Source: Eubacteriales bacterium (GTDB taxonomy: Bacteria; Bacillota; Clostridia; Oscillospirales; CAG-272). Taken from it: a DNA stretch of 64,000 bases. The DNA lies in NCBI GenBank assembly GCA_045539595.1, contig JAZQFQ010000092.1, positions 691 through 64,690 of the forward strand, read 5' to 3'. A program made the translations under genes and the position numbers. Positions 54,442 through 64,000 of this stretch are shown one piece after another (positions within the stretch are counted from its first letter, which is position 1; every line of letters begins with the position of its first letter). The notes beneath the pieces are model-generated. The model saw only the letters and a list, made by a program, of their open reading frames with translations. It made no database searches and was not told the origin of the DNA.

Positions 54442-56090
54442 GAGAGCTGACACCGGAGCTGATTTGGCAGCAATACGACAAGGGCCAGCAATTCAATACG
54501 CAATTGAATTTGAACAATAACGTGGAAAACAATGAGAACTTCTATATTGGTCGTCAATGGGAGGGCGTTAAATCTAACGGACTTCCCACTCCTGTGTTTA
54601 ACTTCATCAAGCGCATCGTCAACTTTCAGGTGGCATCCACCTCGACAGACAACCTGAAAATCAACGCAAGCCCCATAAAATCCTCCGGCAAAGCACCACT
54701 GAGAGAGATCGAACGGGTATGCGACATTGTGAACAAGCAATTTGAGTCCATTTGGGAGATCACGACAGCGTCACGAAAGACCCGGGAATTCATGCGGGAC
54801 GCAGCCGTCCGATGTGACGGCTGCCTGTATTCCTGGTATGACCCTGATTTCAATACCGGTGACGGCAACAAGGGCGGTATCCGCCTGGAAGCGCTGGAAA
54901 ACACCAGAGTGTACTTCGGCAATCCTACCGATCGCACCGTCCAAACCCAGCCATACATCATCGTAGAAAAGCGGATGCTGCTGGATGAAGTAAAGCGCAT
55001 GGCAAAGGAATGGGACGGCGATCCGGACGCAATCCAAGCGGACAGCGACGGAAACGCCAACCGCTTTGACCAGATGAGCGGCGACAAAGCGACTGTGCTG
55101 TACCGCTTCAGCAAGGATGCGGAGACTGGCACAATCCACGCTTCCATCTCCGTTAAAGACCAGTTTATCCGTGAGCCATGGGACACAGAGCAGCAGCTTT
55201 ATCCCATCACATGGATGAGCTGGGATCACGTCCCCAACTGCTACCACGGCGCAGGCTTGGTAGACGGCCTGATTCCAAATCAGGTGTTTGTCAACCGCAT
55301 GTACTCCATGGTCTATATGTCCTTGATGACCACCGCCTATCCCAAGGTGGTGTACGACAAGACCAAGGTATCCAGGTGGAGCGCAGCTGTCGGCGCGGCG
55401 ATCGGTGTCAACGGCGATGTGTCGGGTGTGGCTAAGAATATGGACCCTGCCACCATCTCGCCTCAGGTAAGTCAATTCATCCAAATGACCGTGGATATGA
55501 CAAAAGACCTGATGGGTGCGACAGACGCAGCCCTCGGCTCCACCCGCCCGGACAACACGTCCGCAATTATCGCCCTCCAGAAAGCAAGTACCGTCCCTGT
55601 CGAACTTGTGAAGCAGAACTTTTACCAGTGTGTAGAGGAACTGGCTCGCATTTGGCTTGACCTGATGCGAACCTACTACGGGAAAAGAGCAATCGGAGTT
55701 CTGGAGGTTGGTACACCGATGGGAATCCTGTTTGAGCAGGAGGAGTTCGACTTTTCCACACTGGAGAATGACCCCATCTACATCAAACTGGATGTGGGCG
55801 GCAGCGCTTATTGGAGCGAAATTGCCCAGATCCAAACGCTGGACAATCTGTTGATGAACGGCAAGATCCCCACCAGTGAATATGTGCGCAGACTGCCTGA
55901 GGGCTATATCAGCAACAAGCAGGAGCTGATTGACATCCTGGAACGGGAAGAGGAAATGCAGCGCATGGCATTGCTCGAACCACAGCCAGGAGGCCCGGTC
56001 GTGACACCGCAGGAACCGGAGGTTTCTGGCGGCGGCGGTTACGGTGCATTGCAGCGTGCGATCAACGAAGAAGCCGCTGCAGGAGTTTGA
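54438..56090 (+). CDS. portal protein (podovirus/P22-like)
   Basis: NFYIGRQW, PVFNFIKR, GLIPNQVFVN, NTSAIIALQ. Confidence 0.85.
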   Translation: MRELTPELIWQQYDKGQQFNTQLNLNNNVENNENFYIGRQWEGVKSNGLPTPVFNFIKRIVNFQVASTSTDNLKINASPIKSSGKAPLREIERVCDIVNKQFESIWEITTASRKTREFMRDAAVRCDGCLYSWYDPDFNTGDGNKGGIRLEALENTRVYFGNPTDRTVQTQPYIIVEKRMLLDEVKRMAKEWDGDPDAIQADSDGNANRFDQMSGDKATVLYRFSKDAETGTIHASISVKDQFIREPWDTEQQLYPITWMSWDHVPNCYHGAGLVDGLIPNQVFVNRMYSMVYMSLMTTAYPKVVYDKTKVSRWSAAVGAAIGVNGDVSGVAKNMDPATISPQVSQFIQMTVDMTKDLMGATDAALGSTRPDNTSAIIALQKASTVPVELVKQNFYQCVEELARIWLDLMRTYYGKRAIGVLEVGTPMGILFEQEEFDFSTLENDPIYIKLDVGGSAYWSEIAQIQTLDNLLMNGKIPTSEYVRRLPEGYISNKQELIDILEREEEMQRMALLEPQPGGPVVTPQEPEVSGGGGYGALQRAINEEAAAGV

Positions 56091-56157
56091 GTATCCCACT
56101 CGCCGACCATAGCGAGAGATAAAATCACGCCTGACCATAGGCGGAAAGGAGCACACA

Positions 56158-56985
56158 ATGGATGAAATCATGACCCACGACGTGGAGGAGATCGGTGCAG
56201 ACCAGGCCGACGTCTTTGACGGCTGGGATGATGATTCGCCCACCGAGGCAGACCAGCCAGAAGTGGACGAGCAGACCGGGGATGAGCCCGAGGAAGACAG
56301 CGCGGAGGCGCAACCAGAGTCGGAGGATGCCCCAAAGGACGATGCGTACCTCACTCTCAAGCACATGGACGAGACCAAGACTGTTACCAAGGATGAGGCT
56401 GTCCAGCTTGCACAGAAGGGTATGGACTACGACCGCATCAGAACGGAGCGTGACGAACTGAAAGCGTACCGTGCTGAGCAACAGCCAGTCATCGACATGA
56501 TCCAGAAATACGCGGAACGTAACGGCATGACAATCCCGGAATACATTGACTTTTGCCGGATGCACGACATCATGGCCGAGAAAGGCGTAGGCGAGGACGC
56601 TGCTAAGGAAGTGCTCGCTCTGGAAAAGCGGGAGGTGGCTGTCGCTCAGAAAGAAGCGGAACAGGCAGAAAGGGCCAATGCGGAGGCAGCGGCCAATCAG
56701 CAGCCGGAAAGCTTACAGGAGCGGGCGCGCCGCGAGGTGCAGCAGTTCCAGAGAGATTTCCCTGATGTAAACCCGGAAGACGTTCCCGCTGACGTGTTCG
56801 ATATCGTCCAGAAGGACGATGTCTCCCTCTCCGTCGCTTACGGCAAGTGGCGCATTGCCCAGCAGGCAAAGGAGCTGGAGTCCTTCAAAGCCCAGTCCAG
56901 CGCCCGCAAGAAAACCCCTGGGAGTCTGAGCGGCTCCGTTAAGTCCACGAAGAAAAACCCGCTGTTTGAAGGTTGGGACGATTAA
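56158..56985 (+). CDS. scaffolding protein
   Basis: acidic N-terminus, LAQKGMDYDR, helical; upstream of the capsid gene. Confidence 0.8.
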   Translation: MDEIMTHDVEEIGADQADVFDGWDDDSPTEADQPEVDEQTGDEPEEDSAEAQPESEDAPKDDAYLTLKHMDETKTVTKDEAVQLAQKGMDYDRIRTERDELKAYRAEQQPVIDMIQKYAERNGMTIPEYIDFCRMHDIMAEKGVGEDAAKEVLALEKREVAVAQKEAEQAERANAEAAANQQPESLQERARREVQQFQRDFPDVNPEDVPADVFDIVQKDDVSLSVAYGKWRIAQQAKELESFKAQSSARKKTPGSLSGSVKSTKKNPLFEGWDD

Positions 56986-57074
56986 CCCAATATGTTGAGC
57001 CATTGAGCCTGATCGAATGAAGACAGGTTCATCCTCTCTCCATTCGGTCAGGAATGGCAGAAAGGATGTAAATT

Positions 57075-57896
57075 ATGGCTATCAATCTGTTCGACCAGTA
57101 TGAAAAGAAGGTCGCTGAACGCTTCTCTCTCAAGTCCATCACCGACGCTTATTGCGGCAAAGACTATTCCTTTGAGGGCGTTAAGACGATTAAGATCCCC
57201 ACCATTGACACTGTTCCCATGACCGACTACACCCGCAGCGGCACCAGCCGTTACGGCGATGTGACCGAGCTGGGCGACACCATTCAGGAGCTCACCATGA
57301 CCCGTGACCGCGCCTTCGCTTACACCATTGACAAGGGCAACGCCAACGAGCAGTACAACATCAAGCAGGCCAATACCTCCCTGAAGCGTCAGATCGATGA
57401 GGTCGTCGTTCCCGAGATCGACAAGTATCGTCTGGCCCAGTGGGCCGCTGGTGCAGGCACAACCAAAACCGACGGCGCGCTGGATGTGGATAATATTCTG
57501 GAGGCAATCTTCGCTGGATATGCCGCCATGAACAATCTGCTCGTTCCCATGGAAAACCGGGCTGCGTTTGTTGCTGAGTCCGCGTACATTCAGCTCCTGC
57601 TGGCCAATAAGGTAGTTGGCGTCGACACCCTGGGGGCAAAGACCATTTCCACCGGCAAGTCCGGCCCCATCGGCGGCGGCGGTATCGTCCCCGTCCCCGA
57701 CTCCTACATGCCCACCGGCGTCAACTTCATCATCAAGTATAAGAACGCCACCGTCGACCCCTTCAAACTGAAGGACTACAAGATCCACACCGATCCTCCC
57801 GGTATCTCCGGCGCTCTGGTCGAGGGCCGTGTAATGTATGATGCTTTCGTCCTGGACACCAAGAAGGGCGGTATCTACGTCTCCAAGTCCGCTTGA
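57075..57896 (+). CDS. major capsid protein (N4-gp56/P22-coat-like)
   Basis: YSFEGVKTI, IDKGN, VVPEIDKYR, DPPGISGALVEGRVMYDAFVL. Confidence 0.9.
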   Translation: MAINLFDQYEKKVAERFSLKSITDAYCGKDYSFEGVKTIKIPTIDTVPMTDYTRSGTSRYGDVTELGDTIQELTMTRDRAFAYTIDKGNANEQYNIKQANTSLKRQIDEVVVPEIDKYRLAQWAAGAGTTKTDGALDVDNILEAIFAGYAAMNNLLVPMENRAAFVAESAYIQLLLANKVVGVDTLGAKTISTGKSGPIGGGGIVPVPDSYMPTGVNFIIKYKNATVDPFKLKDYKIHTDPPGISGALVEGRVMYDAFVLDTKKGGIYVSKSA

Positions 57897-57946
57897 TCCC
57901 AAGGGCGGGGCAATAGCCCCGCCCACCTGTAAAGGAGCGACCGAAA

Positions 57947-58753
57947 ATGGCACTGACACAATTTTTGGATGACCTGAAAATCATCCAGAGACTGGGCGAC
58001 CAACCAAACCGTATAGATGGTTTATCCGCGGACGAGATGAAGGAAAAGTTTGATGCCGGCTCTATCATCATCCAGGAGTACATCAACAAGACACTGCTGC
58101 CGGAGCTGACGGCCGAGTTCAAGACAAAATCACCTGCCGGCTACGGCTACGGCGGCGTTGTCGAGTCCCTTGGAACCGCCGCAGACGAATCCGACCTTGA
58201 ATTCAAATTGACTTCCGCAATGGCCACTCTGTCTGCAGGCGAAGCAAAGCAAGTCGCATTCATAGTCTCATCCCTCAGCAACATGACGTTCCTCGGAACC
58301 ATGTTTAAGAGTAGCGCTGGATATGGGTTTGTTTCTGCCACCTCCGGCCTTTATGGCCACACGACATCCATCACCAAGTATTTGCTGGAGAATACGTGGC
58401 AGCCGCTGGAGTGGATCAACCCGCCCATGGAGCTGGGGGTGGAGTACCGCACCACGGAGCGGTGGCTGGGTAAGCCGGTCTACACCAAGGCGGTGGATTT
58501 CGGCGCGCTGCCCAACGCCATATCAAAAAATGTGCTGTACACCAGCAGCGCCGCCGCCAGCGTCATCTCCCTCCACGGGGTTTTGTCCGACGGTTGCTGC
58601 GTCAACAGCGGCACCAACGTAGACCGGTCCGACTTCAGTGACTATACCATCATCGTGGACAACACCCACTGGAACGTGCGTGTGCTCACCAACGGTGATC
58701 TCTCCGCCCTGACCGCCGTGTTCCAGGTCAAATACGTCTACGACGAGAGCTGA
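57947..58753 (+). CDS. tail fibre-like protein
   Basis: GLSADEMKEKFD, EWINPPMELGVEYRTTERWLGKPVY. Confidence 0.7.
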   Translation: MALTQFLDDLKIIQRLGDQPNRIDGLSADEMKEKFDAGSIIIQEYINKTLLPELTAEFKTKSPAGYGYGGVVESLGTAADESDLEFKLTSAMATLSAGEAKQVAFIVSSLSNMTFLGTMFKSSAGYGFVSATSGLYGHTTSITKYLLENTWQPLEWINPPMELGVEYRTTERWLGKPVYTKAVDFGALPNAISKNVLYTSSAAASVISLHGVLSDGCCVNSGTNVDRSDFSDYTIIVDNTHWNVRVLTNGDLSALTAVFQVKYVYDES

Positions 58754-58765
58754 GGAGGATCATCC

Positions 58766-59074
58766 ATGGACAATTACCTGCCCATGCCGGTGCACGCGGA
58801 GTATGCAAAGCGCATGGAGGAAGAACACAAAAGGCAAAACAAGCGCATTGATGCGCTGGAGGTGAAGGTGACGGAGATCGGTGAATTGACCGTCTCCGTG
58901 GCCAGCCTTGCCCAGTCCGTCGAGCAGATGGTCAAGGAGCAGAAGGAACAGGGTGAACGGCTGAAAACACTGGAGGCCCGGGACGGTGAAACCTGGCGTA
59001 AGGTGACCGGTTACGCGCTCACCGCCCTCATCTCTGCTCTGGTAGGCTTCATCCTGTCCAATATTGGATTGTAA
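58766..59074 (+). CDS. XhlA-like coiled-coil protein with C-terminal TM
   Basis: RQNKRIDALE, C-terminal hydrophobic helix. Confidence 0.7.
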   Translation: MDNYLPMPVHAEYAKRMEEEHKRQNKRIDALEVKVTEIGELTVSVASLAQSVEQMVKEQKEQGERLKTLEARDGETWRKVTGYALTALISALVGFILSNIGL

Positions 59075-59085
59075 GGAGGATACTT

Positions 59086-59349
59086 ATGGACTTTGGAATC
59101 AGCAACGTGATCGTGATCACCGTTATTGTCTATCTGATCGGCATGGCAGCAAAGGCTGTCGAAAAGATCCCGGACAAGCTCATCCCTGTTATCTGCGGTG
59201 TTGCCGGCGGTATTCTTGGTGCGGTGGGCATGATGGTTATTCCCGACTATCCTGCCGCTGACATCATCTCGGCTGTTGCTGTTGGCATCGTGTCCGGCCT
59301 TGCCGCCACCGGCGTCAACCAGGTCGGCAAGCAGTTCGCAAAGGAGTGA
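59086..59349 (+). CDS. holin
   Basis: DKLIPVICGVAGGILG, VGIVSGLAATGVNQ. Confidence 0.85.
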   Translation: MDFGISNVIVITVIVYLIGMAAKAVEKIPDKLIPVICGVAGGILGAVGMMVIPDYPAADIISAVAVGIVSGLAATGVNQVGKQFAKE

Positions 59350-59355
59350 CCGCAA

Positions 59356-61545
59356 ATGAAATGCATCCATGTTCCCTCCGGCGCCGGTAGACTCAGCCTG
59401 GGCCGGAGAGGGGAAAACCTGGCCCGGACGCTGGTCTTTGATGTCAGTGAGTGGGTGCGGCTCTACGGCGCGGGCAGCGTCCAGCTTTTGCACCAGCGCT
59501 CGGGGGACCTTTGCCCCTATCCCTGCGCCGTGATTCAGGACGCAGCCACGGTGAGCTGGAGCGTCACCAATGCGGACACCGCGCAGGAAGGTAACGGACG
59601 TTTAGAGTTGCATTATTATGTGGGCGACGCCCTGGTCAAGAGCTGCGTCTACCTCACCGAGACCGCCCACTCACTGACCGACGATACCGCCGAGCCCCCG
59701 GAGCCTCAGCAGGGCTGGGTAGAGCAGGTACTGACAGAGGCGGCCAAAGCATCCACCGCCAACACCAAACCGCCCATCATGGGTGATAACGGAAACTGGC
59801 TGGTGTGGAACATCTCCATTTCGCAGTATGAGGACACCGGAGTCTATGCTGGCGGCGCCGCCCCCCATATCGGAGCCAACGGCAACTGGCTCGTTGGCAC
59901 GCAGGACACCGGTGTATCCGCTACCGGTCCCCAGGGTGTGCAGGGCATTCAGGGTCCCACCGGGCCGGCAGGAGCCACAGGACCCACAGGTCCTCAAGGC
60001 GAAAGCGGCTTTTCCCCCACTGTAGATGTGACCGGCATAGACAACGGGCACCGGGTGACCATCACCGACGCTGACGGCACGAAATCCTTTGATGTGATGG
60101 ACGGCGGAGGCAACGTGAAGAGCGTCAACAGCATCACTCCCGATGAGGCGGGCAATGTGGCGGTGGAATTTCCTGAACTCGTTCAACCAGACTGGGACCA
60201 GAATGACCCCACTGCTCCTGATTATGTGAGGAATAGGCCATTTTACAATGAAGGTTTCGAACTTGATTTAAGTAATCCAACAGCGACATACGATTTTAGT
60301 TCTAGTTTCGGTTTCCTAAAGGTCAGCAACGACCCTAATGAATGGCCGACAAGCGATGCCGACAAGATGCATTATCTTGTGAAAGGTGTGGACTACGGCC
60401 CGGATTCTACAGTAAACAACAACTGGGCTTACTATAACGCAAACGTATATTCGGTTAAGGTGGATGAAGATACGTCTATTTCTGTTCTTGCCGTTATCCG
60501 GCAAGAGAATACCGAAATCACGGTCGATTCGTATGGTAATTCTTACACCATGACGAATCCCGAGATTGGCATTTGGGCGGCGTATGACCCCGGCGATAAC
60601 AGTAAAACACTGCAACGTGTTTATTATGAAGATATCCATACCATCGACCCGAAGTTTATTCCGGAAACTGAACCCAACGGAATGGTTGTGACGATCACCC
60701 AAGACGATAGCGGCAATCCTGCTGCGGACAAAACCTACGACGAGGTCTATGCAGCGGTGCATCAAGGCAGCAATGTTGCGTGCTATATGGACGGCCTGGT
60801 TTTGCAAGTCTTGTCAGCAAGTCCCGACGATGGCTTCATTCAGTTTCAAAGCGTGGGCGTGTTCCCGGAAGGGTCGGGAACGATTGGTATTACCTTGTGG
60901 TCAGATAACACCATCGAGATTGGGGAGGATTGTACCAATCCCATTCCATCCGAAGACAGTATCAATGCTCTTATCGACGACAAGCTCCCCACCGCCCTGC
61001 CCAATCCCTATCCCCTGACCATCAACGGCACCGGCTATGACGGCTCTTCCCCGGTAAATGTGGAGATTCCTCAAGGTGTGGGCGAGTGGGTTCTTTTGGG
61101 GAGTGCAGATAGCATTGATGCCGATGTTGTTGAAATTACAATTGAAAAAGATGTAAACGGCAATGCTTTTTCGGTTGACGAACTTTTTATATACGGAGTT
61201 TTTCCCTCGGCTGCGGCAACATCAAATGTAGAACTTAAGCTGATATTGAACGATGAATCTGCGATTGGTTTCGCAAACTGTGTTACCCAATCAACAATTA
61301 CGAACCGTGGCGTGTATATTGATATTCCTAAAAAAGCTGGAATTCTGCGCCCAAATTGGGCAATGCATGGCGGATCTGGCACAACCTCCGTAACATCGGC
61401 TACGATAAACAAATATTCCGCCGTATATGATCTTGAAAAAATACTTGAGAGTTATATTGTCGATAAAATTACCAAAATATCTTTTCTTGCTGGTGACGGT
61501 GGCGCTTTTAACACCTTAACTTGTTTCAGAGTGTACGGCAGATGA
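59356..61545 (+). CDS. tail fibre with BppU-like N-terminus and collagen repeat
   Basis: LGRRGENLAR, IGANGNW, (GXY)n, DWDQNDPTAPDYVRNRP, LPNPYPLTING. Confidence 0.8.
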   Translation: MKCIHVPSGAGRLSLGRRGENLARTLVFDVSEWVRLYGAGSVQLLHQRSGDLCPYPCAVIQDAATVSWSVTNADTAQEGNGRLELHYYVGDALVKSCVYLTETAHSLTDDTAEPPEPQQGWVEQVLTEAAKASTANTKPPIMGDNGNWLVWNISISQYEDTGVYAGGAAPHIGANGNWLVGTQDTGVSATGPQGVQGIQGPTGPAGATGPTGPQGESGFSPTVDVTGIDNGHRVTITDADGTKSFDVMDGGGNVKSVNSITPDEAGNVAVEFPELVQPDWDQNDPTAPDYVRNRPFYNEGFELDLSNPTATYDFSSSFGFLKVSNDPNEWPTSDADKMHYLVKGVDYGPDSTVNNNWAYYNANVYSVKVDEDTSISVLAVIRQENTEITVDSYGNSYTMTNPEIGIWAAYDPGDNSKTLQRVYYEDIHTIDPKFIPETEPNGMVVTITQDDSGNPAADKTYDEVYAAVHQGSNVACYMDGLVLQVLSASPDDGFIQFQSVGVFPEGSGTIGITLWSDNTIEIGEDCTNPIPSEDSINALIDDKLPTALPNPYPLTINGTGYDGSSPVNVEIPQGVGEWVLLGSADSIDADVVEITIEKDVNGNAFSVDELFIYGVFPSAAATSNVELKLILNDESAIGFANCVTQSTITNRGVYIDIPKKAGILRPNWAMHGGSGTTSVTSATINKYSAVYDLEKILESYIVDKITKISFLAGDGGAFNTLTCFRVYGR

Positions 61546-61561
61546 AATGGAGAGTGTATAA

Positions 61562-62077
61562 ATGAAAAAATACATCAACGGTGAGTATATCGAATTGACT
61601 GGCGAAGAAATCGCCGCCGTGAAAGCGGAACAGACCAAGCATGGACTGATGGAGAAATACCGTCCCCTGACCGCCGAGGAAGTCAGCCGGATGGTCATTG
61701 CCCAGCAGGTCAACGCCCTTTCCGTGGACGATAACACCGCCCTGCGGATGGTGGAGTTTTATCCGGAGTGGGCGGAAAGCACCGCCTACTCCGTGGGTTA
61801 CAAGGTGCAGAGAAACGGCAGGCTGTGGCGGTGCATCCAAGCCCACACGGCGATCGTGACATGGGAACCGGAGAACGCCTCCGCCCTGTGGGCGCAGGTC
61901 AACGAGACCCACAGCGGCGCGGCAGATGACCCCATCCCCTACGAGGACAACATGGCGCTGACCGCCGGGCTGTACTATGTGCAGGACTACGTGGTGTACC
62001 GCTGCACCCGGGACACCGGGAATCCCGTATACAATCCGCTGGCCGAATTGGTGGGCGTGTATGTGGAGGAAGTATAA
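61562..62077 (+). CDS. CBM5/12-domain tail accessory protein
   Basis: YPEWAESTAYSVGYKVQRNGRLWRCIQAHT. Confidence 0.8.
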   Translation: MKKYINGEYIELTGEEIAAVKAEQTKHGLMEKYRPLTAEEVSRMVIAQQVNALSVDDNTALRMVEFYPEWAESTAYSVGYKVQRNGRLWRCIQAHTAIVTWEPENASALWAQVNETHSGAADDPIPYEDNMALTAGLYYVQDYVVYRCTRDTGNPVYNPLAELVGVYVEEV

Positions 62078-62863
62078 ATGCAAATCGCCATCGACGCAGG
62101 CCACGGCCTGTATACCGCGGGTAAGCGGTGCTTAGCATCCCTGGACCCGGCGGAGACACGGGAATGGGTACTCAACGACCGGATCGCGTCCCAGGTGGTG
62201 GAGCACCTGGAGCGCTGCGGCGTTGACACCCTGCGGCTGGACGATGTCACCGGCAAGACCGATGTGCCTCTCAGCAAGCGCTGCGGCACTGCCAACGCCT
62301 GGAGGGCTGACCTGTGCGTCAGCATCCATCACAACGCCGGGATCAACGGCGGCAGCGGCGGCGGCGCCGTGGTGTACGTCTATTCCGGCCCCCACTCCGC
62401 CAGGTCGGACAAGCTGCAGCGCAACGTCTATGATGGCCTCATTTCCGCCGTGGGCAGGTTCGGCAACCGTGCCAACCCGCTGACCGACGCCGATCTGTAT
62501 ATGGTCCGGGAGACCGATATGCCCGCCGTGCTGGTGGAGGTGGGCTTTATGGACAGCCGGAACGACGTGCCGCTGATCCTGGACGCAGCGTGGGCAGCCA
62601 GGGCAGCCGAGGGCATTGCCCGGGGCATCTGTAATACCGCCGGTGTCCGCTGGGTGGAGGAGTTTAAGCCATACCTGGCCAGAGTCACCGCCGCCAGCCT
62701 CAACATCCGGGCGGAGGCCGCCGCCAGCGCCCCAAAGACCGGCGCGCTGGTGCAGGGCGAGACCGTCCTGATCGCCGGGGAGCAGCTCAACGGCACCACC
62801 CGCTGGGGTAAACTCAACCTGGGGCTTGGTTGGGTGAGTCTGGAGTATACGGAGAGAGCGTGA
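62078..62863 (+). CDS. N-acetylmuramoyl-L-alanine amidase (Amidase_3) plus SH3 endolysin
   Basis: IDAGHG, SIHHNA, MPAVLVEVGFMD, LNIR..GWVSLEY. Confidence 0.92.
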   Translation: MQIAIDAGHGLYTAGKRCLASLDPAETREWVLNDRIASQVVEHLERCGVDTLRLDDVTGKTDVPLSKRCGTANAWRADLCVSIHHNAGINGGSGGGAVVYVYSGPHSARSDKLQRNVYDGLISAVGRFGNRANPLTDADLYMVRETDMPAVLVEVGFMDSRNDVPLILDAAWAARAAEGIARGICNTAGVRWVEEFKPYLARVTAASLNIRAEAAASAPKTGALVQGETVLIAGEQLNGTTRWGKLNLGLGWVSLEYTERA

Positions 62864-62956
62864 ATTCCTTTACGCATCGGTGCCGCACAGCGGCGCACGC
62901 GTGAAAAATAAGGGCACCTTCGGGTGCCCTTACCCGCATCTGCAAAGGAGAATACT

Positions 62957-63874
62957 ATGGCCACTTCTTTTAACGACTACAAAAACCCCTATATCGAGAG
63001 CATCTATGAGCAAAAGCGCAAGGCTGCCGAGGATGCCCTCACTTCTGCGTATCAGCAGAACATGGCGAATCTGGACACTCAGGCAGAGGAAACCACCGCC
63101 GCTTATGACACGCAGCGCAGCAGGCTTCAATCCAGCTATGAGCAGGCATTGCACAACTACGGCGAGTACGCCAACGCCAGCGGCCTCAACAGCGGCGCAC
63201 AGGCGCAGGCCCGGCTTGCCTACGGCGCACAGAATCAGAGCGGCATGTCCTCCCTCGCAGATGCGGAGGCTGCAGCACTGCGCGAAATCGGCAGGCAGAG
63301 GACTGCCGCCAAGAACGAATATAACGCGGATGTTGCCGCAAACAGGTCTGCACATGATACCGACTTCTACAATGCGCTTTACTCCGCATGGCAAGACCAG
63401 GTGGCTCAGGAGAAGCAAGACAGGGACCACTATTATGATATTGCCATGGCAGCGATCCGCACCGGAACCATGCCCGATTCCGACACTCTTTCCCGAGCCG
63501 GCATTGACGCATCCACGGCGGCAACTATGGCGGCCTATTACCGGGGTGGCCTGTCCGGAAGCACGCCTGATACCGAGGAAATCGGTGAAACCCTTACCAA
63601 GGAAATCGGTGAAACCCTTACCAAGCCCCACGAGCCGACACCCACTGACTCCGACTACGCAGCCCATTTGATTGGGCCGGCAACCGGTGCTGGCGCCTAC
63701 AACACAGTTTCAAATTACATCAATTCCGGCAACCTGACTGCGGCTAACAGTGCTCTGGCGATGTATTCGACCTTACTTACGACAACGCAGTACAACCAGC
63801 TTCTTTCTAGAATCAACAGTGCCGCCAATACCGGCTCCGGCGGCGGCGGAAAGTTTACAGCTATGACCAGATAA
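62957..63874 (+). CDS. putative internal virion / ejection protein
   Basis: Ala/Gln/Tyr-rich, GLNSGAQAQA motif. Confidence 0.6.
   Translation: MATSFNDYKNPYIESIYEQKRKAAEDALTSAYQQNMANLDTQAEETTAAYDTQRSRLQSSYEQALHNYGEYANASGLNSGAQAQARLAYGAQNQSGMSSLADAEAAALREIGRQRTAAKNEYNADVAANRSAHDTDFYNALYSAWQDQVAQEKQDRDHYYDIAMAAIRTGTMPDSDTLSRAGIDASTAATMAAYYRGGLSGSTPDTEEIGETLTKEIGETLTKPHEPTPTDSDYAAHLIGPATGAGAYNTVSNYINSGNLTAANSALAMYSTLLTTTQYNQLLSRINSAANTGSGGGGKFTAMTR
63576..63625. repeat. 24-bp in-frame tandem duplication
   Basis: ggaaatcggtgaaacccttaccaa x2 (EIGETLTK x2). Confidence 0.85.
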
Positions 63875-63884
63875 GGGGGTCGCT

Positions 63885-64000
63885 ATGGCAAATATGACCT
63901 TTGCCCAGTCCGTTGAGGCAGGGCGCAGTCAGGGGCGTGTGTCCCATTCCAAGGCGATGGAGAATTACAAACAGACCCAGCGGAAGATCGACAGTGCAGT
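63885..64000 (+). CDS. start of a downstream gene (partial)
   Basis: AAGGGGG SD then MANMTFAQSVEAG..., open to the window end. Confidence 0.55.
   Translation, partial: MANMTFAQSVEAGRSQGRVSHSKAMENYKQTQRKIDSA

Noticed and set aside
57903-57926. Hairpin after the capsid gene as a terminator
   Set aside because: There is no U-tract; it is probably an mRNA stability hairpin.
57947-62077. Diversity-generating retroelement acting on the tail fibres
   Set aside because: No reverse transcriptase and no adenine-mismatched repeat pair seen in the window.
1-64000. Stop-codon reassignment
   Set aside because: Core genes are full length in the standard code, and all three stop codons end genes.

Overview
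The window contains only phage DNA and appears to be two unrelated temperate phage genomes joined at a Gly-Ser/Asp/Tyr hexamer repeat at about 34.4 kb. The left part (1-~34,460) is visibly GC-rich, lacks Shine-Dalgarno sites and has Bacteroidota-type TTTG..TAnnTTTG promoters. It is a long-tailed Bacteroidales-type phage with DnaB, a replication initiator, an annealase, SSB, repressor, tyrosine integrase, lysis genes and a full head/tail module. It also carries a C5-methyltransferase frameshifted at a C10 tract and an ECF-like sigma factor split into two genes, with a matching repeated late-promoter motif (TAACA-N14-GGTATTTCCCGGAAAA). The right part (~34,460-64,000) has lower GC, strong SD sites, sigmaA promoters and a Firmicutes LexA box. 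It is a Clostridia-like, probably podovirus-type phage with replication/recombination genes, an immunity region and a P22-like head, lysis and ejection module. The most striking observation is in the right phage: its cI-integrase cassette (~45.64-47.59 kb) sits between two att half-sites. Inverting it would restore a canonical divergent cro/cI switch and an intact attP, which suggests an integrase-driven invertible lysis/lysogeny switch coupled to a LexA-controlled antisense antirepressor. All product calls come from motif recognition by eye; no database searches were run.
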